This document shows, one piece after another, positions 19,462-28,415 of a stretch of 64,000 nucleotides of DNA (positions within the stretch are counted from its first letter, which is position 1; every line of letters begins with the position of its first letter). The translations under genes were made by a program, and so were the position numbers. Below the pieces are notes generated by a model. That model had not been told where the DNA came from. It saw nothing but the letters and a program-made list of their open reading frames with translations, and searched no databases. Location: the NCBI GenBank assembly GCA_963767005.1, contig CAVYCN010000002.1, forward strand, positions 480,001 to 544,000, in the 5' to 3' direction. The stretch is from an uncultured Actinomycetes bacterium (lineage in GTDB: Bacteria > Actinomycetota > Thermoleophilia > UBA2241).

Positions 19462-20751
19462 GTGGGTGAAACCGACCATCTGCGCGAGGCGGTGTCCTCC
19501 CGGGTGCTCCACGCCGGGCTCCTGGCGGCCCCCTTCGCGATCGTCGTCCTGGCGTCGGCCGGTCTCACTCATCCGTTCCACGTCTACCAGGACTTCGACG
19601 AAGCCGTCCATTTCGGCATCGTCCGCTCCGTCGCCGCGTCGTGGCCGCGTCCCCTGTTGTCCGGCTACCCCTCCTGGTCGGGACCCTTCGTCTACTGGCT
19701 CCTCGCGAGCCTGTCGCGTCCGTTCGGTGGTTCCCTCGTCGCCTGCAGACTGGCCGTGACCGTCCTCTCGTGGTCGACCTGCGTCACGGCGTATGTGATC
19801 TTCAGGGACCGCCTCGGCGCCACGCCGCGGACCGCCCTGGCGCTGGCGGCGCTGCTCGCGACGTCGCCCTTCTTCTTCGGCGAGTCCTTCCGGGTGCTGA
19901 CCGACAACCCGGCCTGGCTGTTCGTCGCGCTCGCCCTTGAGCGCCTCCTCGCCTACGTCCAGCGGCCGCGCACCGGCGCGCTCGCCGGCTACGCCGTCTG
20001 CAGCGCGCTCGCCATGCTCACCCGGCAGCTCACCGCGTGGCTCGTCCTGCCCGCGCTGGTCCTGCTCCTCATGAGCCGGGCGCCGTCTCGCGAGCGCGCC
20101 CGGTCCGCCGCGATCGTGGCCTGCGGGCTCCTGCCCCTCGTAGCGCTGTTCGTCGTCTGGGGCGGCCTCCTGCCGTCCGGCGGGGCCTCGACCGGCCCGA
20201 GCGGCTACGGCTTGCGCAACATCGTGCTGGCGCTCGCCGTAGTCGGACTCTGGGGCATCCTGCTCGTCCCCGCCGACGACGTCGCCGCGCTGCCCGCGCG
20301 GCTTACTCGCACGGCCTGGGCGGCGGTAGCCGGGAGTGCCGTCGTGACGCTCGCGGTGATCGCCGCAGGCGCCCTCTCCAGCCTGCGGGGCGGCGATCCG
20401 TACGGCCTCGGCCTGATCGGCAGGTTGGGCCAGGCGTGGTGGGGGGTCGACGGCACGAGCGGCGTGTGGTGGGTCCTGGCGCCGCTCGGCGCGAGCATGC
20501 TCGTCACGCTCGTCGCCACGCGGTTTCGAGAAGACCGCGATCGGGTCCTGGTCGTCGCGCTCGCCGCGCTCGTGCTGACCAGCGCGGCCAGCGCGACCTG
20601 GTATCAGCGGTACGTCGACTTCGGCGTGCTGCTCTGCCTCTGCGGTCTCGTCGCCGGTGGCGCGACTCGCCTGCGGGGGATCGACGTCCTGCGTTGGGTA
20701 GGAGTCGTCGCGATTTCGGCGGTCTGGGCGTTCACCACAGCCAGGCCGTGA
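19462..20751 (+). CDS. Polytopic GT-C-fold glycosyltransferase (ArnT/PMT-like)
   Basis: Many TM helices; acidic 'QDFDEAVH' after TM1, SGP..YWL, 'LTDNP', RQ and QRY motifs. Start uncertain: GTG 19462 lies 6 nt after a TACGTT -10; the ORF is open from 19324. Confidence 0.7.
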   Translation: MGETDHLREAVSSRVLHAGLLAAPFAIVVLASAGLTHPFHVYQDFDEAVHFGIVRSVAASWPRPLLSGYPSWSGPFVYWLLASLSRPFGGSLVACRLAVTVLSWSTCVTAYVIFRDRLGATPRTALALAALLATSPFFFGESFRVLTDNPAWLFVALALERLLAYVQRPRTGALAGYAVCSALAMLTRQLTAWLVLPALVLLLMSRAPSRERARSAAIVACGLLPLVALFVVWGGLLPSGGASTGPSGYGLRNIVLALAVVGLWGILLVPADDVAALPARLTRTAWAAVAGSAVVTLAVIAAGALSSLRGGDPYGLGLIGRLGQAWWGVDGTSGVWWVLAPLGASMLVTLVATRFREDRDRVLVVALAALVLTSAASATWYQRYVDFGVLLCLCGLVAGGATRLRGIDVLRWVGVVAISAVWAFTTARP

Positions 20752-20796
20752 GACGCCAGCCTTGGTCTATCCCGGAGGCTTGTGCCCGGAAGGCCG

Positions 20797-21207
20797 TCAG
20801 GGCACAGTGAAATCGTTGCCGCTGGACGTGTGACCGATCAGCCGGAACGTGCTGCTCGTGGGCAGCGAGTAGGTGTAGTCGCCCTTGTTCGAGCTGGAGG
20901 CCATGTACACCGTGGTCCAGGGGTTCTTCGGCCAGTTGTCGACGTACGGGTTGCCGCCGGAGTCCTTCAGGTTGCCCTGTGACACCGTCGTCGCGCCCGG
21001 GTATGCGTCGTTGTTGTCGACAGCGTAGCTCTGGATGCCGACCTGGATGCTGTGGATGCCCTCCTTGACCGCGGCGTCCTTGGCCTTGTTCCGCTGACTC
21101 AGGAACATCGGGATAGCGATGGCGGCCAGGATACCGATGATGATGATGACGATCAGGAGCTCGATGAGCGTGAAACCCGACTCGTCCGCAGTTCTGCCCC
21201 CGTGCAT
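20797..21207 (-). CDS. Type IV major pilin paralog 2
   Basis: MHGGRTADESG|[22 protein letters not shown]; RBS AAGGAG before ATG 21207. Confidence 0.93.
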   Translation of the reverse strand: MHGGRTADESGFTLIELLIVIIIIGILAAIAIPMFLSQRNKAKDAAVKEGIHSIQVGIQSYAVDNNDAYPGATTVSQGNLKDSGGNPYVDNWPKNPWTTVYMASSSNKGDYTYSLPTSSTFRLIGHTSSGNDFTVP

Positions 21208-21314
21208 TGCTGCTCCTTTGCGTGCTGGTCCCCGTTCGCCCGTCGTGTGCACTCTCACGGGGCGACCCCGACACGTGGTGCGGGCGTGCCACGTCCCCTG
21301 CTCGCCCGAGACGC

Positions 21315-21351
21315 GCGACGGGGGCCGCTCCGTCGGAGCAGCCCCCGTCGC
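21315..21351 (-). terminator. Stem-loop between pilin 1 and pilin 2
   Basis: gcgacgggggctgctcc-gac-ggagcggcccccgtcgc; the single mismatch is a G-U pair only on the minus transcript. Confidence 0.7.
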
Positions 21352-21372
21352 AAGCTGCTGATCAACTCACGA

Positions 21373-21780
21373 TCAAGGGACCGTGAAGTCGATGCCGCTG
21401 GACGTGTGACCGATCAGCTGGAACGTGGTGCTCGTGGGCAGAGAGTAGGTGTAGTCGCCCTTGTTCGAGCTGGAGGCCATGTACACGTTGGTCCACGGGT
21501 TCTTCGGCCAGTTGTCGACGTACGGGTTGCCGCCGGAGTCCTTCAGGTTGCCCTGTGACACCGTCGTCGCGCCCGGGTACGTGTCGTTGTTGTCGACAGC
21601 GTAGCTCTGGATGCCGACCTGGATGCTGTGGATGCCCTCCTTGACCGCGGCGTCCTTGGCCTTGTTCCGCTGACTCAGGAACATCGGGATAGCGATGGCG
21701 GCCAGGATACCGATGATGATGATAACGATCAGGAGCTCGATGAGCGTGAAACCGCTTTGACCCTTGCTGAAGCGCTTCAT
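21373..21780 (-). CDS. pilA: Type IV major pilin paralog 1
   Basis: MKRFSKGQSG|[22 protein letters not shown]; RBS GAAGGAGG. Confidence 0.93.
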   Translation of the reverse strand: MKRFSKGQSGFTLIELLIVIIIIGILAAIAIPMFLSQRNKAKDAAVKEGIHSIQVGIQSYAVDNNDTYPGATTVSQGNLKDSGGNPYVDNWPKNPWTNVYMASSSNKGDYTYSLPTSTTFQLIGHTSSGIDFTVP

Positions 21781-21907
21781 GTGCTTGTCACCTCCTTCCC
21801 AACCGTCTTGGAACGTCATTGCACACTCTGTTGTCGAGGGCCACGAATGAAGACCCGCAGCGCCTCTTCCGGCTAGCCACGGGTCCGTCAGTGTCGTGCT
21901 CGCTGCG

Positions 21908-21985
21908 GCGGCAACCCAGCCGACTCGCTGACATGAGTCCTGTGGCTTTGCGCCCCGCCCTCGCGGACGGTTTGCCTTTATCGCC
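21908..21985 (-). promoter_or_regulatory. Cyclic di-GMP-I (GEMM) riboswitch
   Basis: Minus strand: AAGGCAAACC-gtcc-GCGA-gggc-GGGGCGCAAAGCC-acaGGACTC...GAGTC-GGCTGGGTTGCCG; GNRA tetraloop and conserved GGCAAACC / GCAAAGCC / GGGTTGCCG segments. Confidence 0.9.
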
Positions 21986-22060
21986 TTCGAACTCAGACTG
22001 CCCAACCGCAGAGAGCCTAGACACTTTTCTTTCGGACCCCGGCTCTCCGACTCGCCATGG

Positions 22061-22088
22061 GTATCGGCCGGCGCGCCCTATCCCTTTA
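22061..22088 (-). promoter_or_regulatory. Sigma-28 (FliA/WhiG)-type promoter of pilin 1
   Basis: TAAA-N16-GCCGATAC, one mismatch from TAAA...GCCGATAA. Confidence 0.8.
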
Positions 22089-22108
22089 GTGCGCGGCTCG
22101 TTCGTGGC

Positions 22109-22846
22109 TCAGAACACACGCCGCGTCATGACCTGCTTCAGGCGAGCGAGCGCTTTGATCGACTCGCGCGACACCTTCTTCTGGGTAAGCCCGAGGGCCG
22201 CGGCTACCTCGTGCTGGGTGAACTCACGGAAGAAGAGCAGATAGATCAGCTTGCGCTGGAAGGTCGTGAGACGGTCGAGCGCCTCGTAGAGCGTGATGCG
22301 GTCCTCGATCGGCAACGCGAACGAGCTCAGGTGCAGCGAGTGCACCTCGGTGGGGTCGGCCACCGGACCGTCACCGTCGCCGTAGGCGCCGGGCAGGCCC
22401 TGCAGGTCGATACGCGCGTAGACGGTGAGCACCTCGAGGATGCCGGCCTCGCTGATGTTGAGCTCGGCCGCGATCTCGCCGAGCTGCGGCGCCCGGCCGA
22501 GCCGGTGCGTGAGCGTGCGGACGGCGTCCTCGATGTCGTGGTAGACCCTCCTGACCCAGCGCGGCTGCCGCAGCAGCAGCGAGTCGCGCAGGTGGTGGCG
22601 CACTTCGCCCTCGACTAGCGGCACGGCGTACGTCGAAAACCGCACGCCCTTCGATGGGTCGAACCGCTGCGCGGCCTTGATCAGGCCCAGGTTGGCGACC
22701 TGCAGCAGGTCCTCGTACGGCTCGTCGGCCGACGCGAAGCGCTTCAGGACGTGATGCAGCAGCCGCTGATTGTCGCGGACGATCTGGTCGAGGCTCGCCG
22801 GCGAGCGGGTGGCCGCGTACTCGGCTACCAGCTGCTCGTTGTCCAC
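22109..22846 (-). CDS. SigB/SigF/SigG-family RNA polymerase sigma factor inside the pil locus
   Basis: EDLLQVANLGLIKAAQRFDP..GVRFSTYA..GEVRHHLRD, region 3, region 4 'TQHEVAAALGLTQKKVSR'. Confidence 0.92.
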   Translation of the reverse strand: MDNEQLVAEYAATRSPASLDQIVRDNQRLLHHVLKRFASADEPYEDLLQVANLGLIKAAQRFDPSKGVRFSTYAVPLVEGEVRHHLRDSLLLRQPRWVRRVYHDIEDAVRTLTHRLGRAPQLGEIAAELNISEAGILEVLTVYARIDLQGLPGAYGDGDGPVADPTEVHSLHLSSFALPIEDRITLYEALDRLTTFQRKLIYLLFFREFTQHEVAAALGLTQKKVSRESIKALARLKQVMTRRVF

Positions 22847-22864
22847 GATGCCTCGACGACGGTG

Positions 22865-24088
22865 CTACTGCTTAATGATGTTCATCATGTCGAAGATCGG
22901 CAGGTACATCGAGATGACGACCAGGCCGACCATGGCGCCGACGCCGAGCATCATGATCGGCTCGATGATCGAGGTGAGCGACTTGACCGCCGCACTCACT
23001 TCGTCGTCGTAGAAGTCGGCGACCTTCTGCAGCATGCTGTCGAGAGAACCGGTCTCCTCGCCCACGGCGATCATCTGCACGACCATGTCGGGGAACACGT
23101 GCGCGTTGGTCAGCGGCTCGGAGATGGTCTGCCCCTCCTTGACGCTCACCGCGACGGCGTCCATGGCGTTCTCGATCACGACGTTGCCGGCCGACTTGCC
23201 GGTGATGTCGATCGCCTGGAGGATGGGCACGCCGGCAGACACGAGCGTGGCCAGGGTCCGCGAGAACCGGGCCACCACGATCTTGCGGATGACCTCGCCG
23301 ATGCCCATCGGGACGCGCAGCTTGAAGCGGTCCCACGCCGCGCGGCCCTTATCGGTGCGCTTGAGCTTGCGCAGCCCGACCACGATGCCGACGATCGCGA
23401 TCGCGATGATCACGCCGTGCCAGCTCTTGAGCTGGTTGGACAAGGCGACCATGATACGTGTGAGCATGGGCAGCTTCGCGTTGCCCATCGACTTGTAGAT
23501 GCCAGCGAACACCGGGATCAGGAACATGACCATGCCGACCAGTACGATGACCGCGAAGGAGCCGATCATGATCGGGTAGGTCATGGCCGACTTGACGGCG
23601 CGCTTGATGCTGTCGTCCTTCTCGAGCTGGGTCGCCAGGCGGTTGAGGACGTCGTCGAGGATACCGCCGATCTCGCCGGCCCGGACCATGTTGACGTACA
23701 GCGGCGAGAAGACCTTGGGGTGCTTCTCGAGCGCGTCGGACAGCGAGATGCCGGCTTCGACGTCGCCCCGCACCTCGCCGAGGATCCGGGCGAGTTTTGC
23801 GTTCTCGGTCTGCTGCTCGAGCACCGTCAGCGCCCGCAGCATGGCGAGCCCCGAGTTGATCATGGTCGCGAACTGGCGCGAGAACACGGTCAGGTCTTTG
23901 GCGCGAACGGTCTGCAGTCCCGCGAGGAGATCGACCTTGGCAAGGCTGGTCTTAGTCTCGTTGATGTCGACGACCGTGAGTCCCTTGTTGCGCAGGGTCG
24001 CGGCCACGGCCGCCTTGGTGTCGCCGTCGATCTGGCCCGATGCCGAACCACCCCTGGCGTCGAGAGCCTTGTAGCTGAACGTGGCCAT
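22865..24088 (-). CDS. pilC: Type IV pilus platform protein PilC
   Basis: FSRQFATMINSG, AGEIGG.LD, AMTYP, RFSRTL, VGEETGSL, IEP..MYLPIF. Confidence 0.96.
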   Translation of the reverse strand: MATFSYKALDARGGSASGQIDGDTKAAVAATLRNKGLTVVDINETKTSLAKVDLLAGLQTVRAKDLTVFSRQFATMINSGLAMLRALTVLEQQTENAKLARILGEVRGDVEAGISLSDALEKHPKVFSPLYVNMVRAGEIGGILDDVLNRLATQLEKDDSIKRAVKSAMTYPIMIGSFAVIVLVGMVMFLIPVFAGIYKSMGNAKLPMLTRIMVALSNQLKSWHGVIIAIAIVGIVVGLRKLKRTDKGRAAWDRFKLRVPMGIGEVIRKIVVARFSRTLATLVSAGVPILQAIDITGKSAGNVVIENAMDAVAVSVKEGQTISEPLTNAHVFPDMVVQMIAVGEETGSLDSMLQKVADFYDDEVSAAVKSLTSIIEPIMMLGVGAMVGLVVISMYLPIFDMMNIIKQ

Positions 24089-24168
24089 CAGTCCTCCGTC
24101 ACGTAAGCCGACGCGCGGGACCCGGGCTCACAACCCGCCCCGGCGACCGTCGACACCTGTCGAGACTG

Positions 24169-24192
24169 TTCTCGTCACGCCGGGACAGAACT

Positions 24193-24195
<3 letters not shown>
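24169..24195 (-). promoter_or_regulatory. Sigma-28 (FliA/WhiG)-type promoter of pilC-sigma
   Basis: TAAA-N15-GACGAGAA; the TAA is the pilT stop codon. Confidence 0.6.
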
Positions 24196-25272
<1,077 letters not shown>

Positions 25273-25298
25273 GATCCTCGTCCCCTCGTATCAGTTCG

Positions 25299-27446
25299 TC
25301 AGATGATGACCCGGGCGATCTCTTCGATCGACGTCATGCCGTGGAGCACCTTGTCGATGCCGTCCTCGCGCAGGTTCTTCATGCCTTCGGCCTGCGCCAC
25401 CCGGCTGATCTCATCGGCACTCTTGCGCTCGACCGTGAGCCGGCGGATGGCCTCGCTCACGACCATGACCTCGTAAATGCCGAGACGCCCCTTGTAGCCG
25501 GTGTTGTTGCACCGCGAGCAGCCTTTCGGGCGGTACAGCGTCACCTTGTCCATATCGAAGACCTCGGGCGGGAAGTCGTTTTTCTTGAGCATCTCCTCGG
25601 ACGGTTCGTAGGGCTCCTTGCACTCCTTGCAGAGACGACGCGCCAGGCGCTGGGCGAGAACGCAATCCACGGCCGACGAGGTGAGGAAAGGTTCGATGCC
25701 CATCTCGGTGAGGCGAGACAGCGCGCCCGGCGCGTCGTTGGTGTGGAGCGTGGAAAGCACGAGGTGGCCGGTGAGGGCCGACTCGACGGCGATGCTGGCC
25801 GTCTCGCGGTCGCGGATCTCGCCGACCATCACGATGTCGGGGTCGCATCGCAGGATGGAGCGCAGGGCCGCGGCGAAGGTCATACCGGCCTTCGTGTTGA
25901 CCTGCACCTGGTTGATGCCGCCGAGGCGGTACTCGACCGGGTCCTCGACGGTGATCACGTTCTTCTCGGGCGAGTTGATGATGTTCAGGGTGGCGTAGAG
26001 CGTGGTCGACTTGCCCGAGCCGGTCGGTCCAGTCACGAGGATGGCGCCGTAGGGACGCAGGAACGACCGCTGGAAGCGCTTGAGCGCCTTGGCCGAGAAG
26101 CCGAGGTCGGACAGATCGAGCATGACGTTCGTCTTGTCGAGCAGGCGCATGACGATCTTCTCGCCGTAGACCGTCGGCAGCGTGGCGACGCGCATGTCGA
26201 TCGGCTTGCCGCCCACCACGAGGCCGATGCGGCCGTCCTGCGGCACGCGACGCTCGGCGATGTCGAGGTCGGCCATGACCTTGAGGCGGCTGATCACTCC
26301 GTTCTGCATGCGCCGCGGCACCGACATCATCTCGTGCAGGACGCCGTCGAGGCGGAAGCGCACGAGGAGCTCCTTGGCCTGGGGCTCGAAGTGGATGTCG
26401 CTGGCACCGTCGTCGACCGACCGCGCGATCACGGAGTTCACGAGCTTGACGATCGGCGGCTCGTCGGTCGCGATCTCGCGGATGTCGGCAATCTCGTCGT
26501 CGCCCGCAAGCGCGTCGTCGTTTGCCTCGCTCACACGTTCGTCGAGACGATTGAGCTTGCTGATCGCCGCGAGGATGTCCTCTTCGCTGGCGATCGCCGG
26601 CACGATCGAGTAGCCAGTCATGATGCGCAGGTCGTCGGCGACGAGCACGTTCGCCGGGTCGACCATGGCGACCTGGAGGGTCGTGCCGTCGACGAAGTGC
26701 ACCGGGATCGCGCCGTAGCGCCGGCAGAGCCGCTCCGACAGCAGGCCGGCCGCCGACATGTCGAGCTGCACCTGCGTGAGGTCGAGGTACTCGATGCCGA
26801 ACTTTGTGGCGAGCGCCTTGGTCAGGTCGAGCTCGGACACGACCTTGTCCTCGAGCAGGAGCTGGCCGAGGCGCTTGTGGGTCTCCTTCTGGCGCGCGAG
26901 GCAGGCGTCGATCTGCTCCTCGGTGACGAGCTTCATGTCGACGAGGATCTCGCCGAGCCGCTTCTTGCTGGCCCGCAGGGGCACGGGTCCGCCGGTCGCG
27001 GCGGCCTCGTCGGCGGCCTGCAGTCGCTCGAGCACCGCGCCGACGCCGGCCGGACGGCCGTCGTCGGGGTCGGCTTCGGCCTCGTCGGCTACGACGCCCA
27101 CGCCGCCCTCAGCGGGTGGCTGCTCGTCGTCGTCGGGGATCTCGATCGGCTTCACGGTGGTCAGGATGTCGGCTTCGGCGAGGTCGTCGAGTGTGTCGAA
27201 GGTCTCCGCGTCGAAAGCGTCGGCGTCGAAGCTGTCGGCGTCGAGGTCCCCGTCGGGGAAGAAGATCTGTTCGCGATCGGTGCTCACGAAGCCGTCGTCG
27301 CCTCCGTCGCCGTTGTGATTGTGCCCACCCCACTCGCCGCCGTCGGCGGCGTCGGTGTCGTCCGGCACGACGAGATCGACATCGGGCAGGTCGTCGTCGT
27401 AGCCCGCCGAGCGACCAGCGACCCGACTCTTATCGTCGTGCGGCAC
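25299..27446 (-). CDS. pilB: Type IV pilus assembly ATPase PilB with MshEN domain and acidic N-terminal extension
   Basis: ASDIHFEP, ERRVPQDG, GPTGSGKSTT, EDPVEY, CKEC/CSRC zinc motif; tandem RLG repeats. Confidence 0.95.
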   Translation of the reverse strand: MPHDDKSRVAGRSAGYDDDLPDVDLVVPDDTDAADGGEWGGHNHNGDGGDDGFVSTDREQIFFPDGDLDADSFDADAFDAETFDTLDDLAEADILTTVKPIEIPDDDEQPPAEGGVGVVADEAEADPDDGRPAGVGAVLERLQAADEAAATGGPVPLRASKKRLGEILVDMKLVTEEQIDACLARQKETHKRLGQLLLEDKVVSELDLTKALATKFGIEYLDLTQVQLDMSAAGLLSERLCRRYGAIPVHFVDGTTLQVAMVDPANVLVADDLRIMTGYSIVPAIASEEDILAAISKLNRLDERVSEANDDALAGDDEIADIREIATDEPPIVKLVNSVIARSVDDGASDIHFEPQAKELLVRFRLDGVLHEMMSVPRRMQNGVISRLKVMADLDIAERRVPQDGRIGLVVGGKPIDMRVATLPTVYGEKIVMRLLDKTNVMLDLSDLGFSAKALKRFQRSFLRPYGAILVTGPTGSGKSTTLYATLNIINSPEKNVITVEDPVEYRLGGINQVQVNTKAGMTFAAALRSILRCDPDIVMVGEIRDRETASIAVESALTGHLVLSTLHTNDAPGALSRLTEMGIEPFLTSSAVDCVLAQRLARRLCKECKEPYEPSEEMLKKNDFPPEVFDMDKVTLYRPKGCSRCNNTGYKGRLGIYEVMVVSEAIRRLTVERKSADEISRVAQAEGMKNLREDGIDKVLHGMTSIEEIARVII

Positions 27447-28317
27447 TCCGCATCACTTCCAGTGGCGCCGCCCGGCCCGTCCAGAGCTCGAACGCGAGCG
27501 CCGCCTGCCAGGCGAGCATGGCCGAGCCGTCGATGGCCCGGGCTCCCTCTGCCCGGGCGCGAGTGAGTGGCGTCGTCGGCCGCTGTCCGTAGACCACGTC
27601 GTACACGATGTGGTCACGCCTGATGTTATCGACCAAAACGCCGGGCACTTTAAGCGACTCGTCCATACCGAGCGGTGTCGCGTTCACCACGATGTCGGCG
27701 CCGCGGACGGCGCTGGCGTCGAGCGCGTCGAGCGCGACGACGGTGAAGCGCAGCCGCGGCGCGGCCGGCGCCAGCAGGCGGGCCAGCTCCTCTCCCTGCG
27801 CCGGGCGCCGCACGACCACCGTGCAGCGTGCGACCCCGAGGCGGGCGAGGCCGAGCACCGTCGCCCGCGCGGCCCCACCGGCGCCGAGGAGCAGCACGGA
27901 CGCGCCGGTGATGGCCTCCGGGACGACCTCGCGCAGCGCCGCGACGAAGCCGCCCACGTCGGTGTTGTGGCCGGCGAGTGCGCCGTCGTCGTCGACCACG
28001 ATGGTGTTCACGGCGGAGATGAGACGAGCGTCGTCGCTCACGGTGTCGAGGTACGGCAGCACCGCCGCCTTGTGTGGCATCGTGACGTTGACGCCGCGAA
28101 AGCCGAGCGCCGCGAGGCCGCCGACGGCGGCGCCCACGCGCGGCGGCGCGACCGGCATGGCCACGTAGACCATGTCCAGGCCCAGTCTCGTGAAGGCGGC
28201 GTTGTGCATCGCGGGTGACAGTGAGTGAGTCACCGGCCAGCCGATGATGCCGGTGAGGCGTGTGGTTCCCGAGATCGTCGTCATCTGCGTCGCCCCCAGC
28301 GTGTCGTGGTCCGTCAC
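27430..28317 (-). CDS. aroE: Shikimate dehydrogenase
   Basis: HSLSPAMHN, NVTMPHK, AVNT, NTDVGG, GAGGAAR, NATPLGM, YDVVY. Confidence 0.95.
   Translation of the reverse strand: MTDHDTLGATQMTTISGTTRLTGIIGWPVTHSLSPAMHNAAFTRLGLDMVYVAMPVAPPRVGAAVGGLAALGFRGVNVTMPHKAAVLPYLDTVSDDARLISAVNTIVVDDDGALAGHNTDVGGFVAALREVVPEAITGASVLLLGAGGAARATVLGLARLGVARCTVVVRRPAQGEELARLLAPAAPRLRFTVVALDALDASAVRGADIVVNATPLGMDESLKVPGVLVDNIRRDHIVYDVVYGQRPTTPLTRARAEGARAIDGSAMLAWQAALAFELWTGRAAPLEVMRSAARR
27626..27652 (-). promoter_or_regulatory. Sigma-28 (FliA/WhiG)-type promoter for pilB, embedded in aroE
   Basis: TAAA-N15-GTCGATAA inside the aroE CDS, 180 nt before pilB. Confidence 0.7.
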
Positions 28318-28415
28318 GGGCCCGGCGCGGGACCGCCGGCGGTCAGTACGCTAGCTTGCACGCGGGGCCCCGACATTCCTGCCCGACGTCCGGCGCGCGG
28401 GGGCGGGCCGCGGCC

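Larger units (their letters stand above)
20797..21753. repeat. ~380-bp near-identical direct repeat (20797-21177 and 21373-21753) encoding the mature parts of pilins 2 and 1
   Basis: Mature 125-aa pilins differ at 5 residues; copies offset by 576 bp. Confidence 0.95.

Noticed and set aside
18867-21780. Conductive e-pili of the Geobacter type
   Set aside because: The pilins are full length (~125 aa mature) with a long aromatic-free stretch after F24 and no Y27/Y32-type residues.
21908-21985. cGAMP-specific (GEMM-Ib) riboswitch
   Set aside because: The specificity position reads G (GGCAAACC, as in c-di-GMP aptamers) rather than A.
21781-22005. N-terminal extension of pilin 1 shown in the ORF track (and similar extensions on nusB, aspS, whiA, rapZ and the opp genes)
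   Set aside because: It overlaps the riboswitch or upstream genes; RBS position and stop/start overlaps support the shorter starts.
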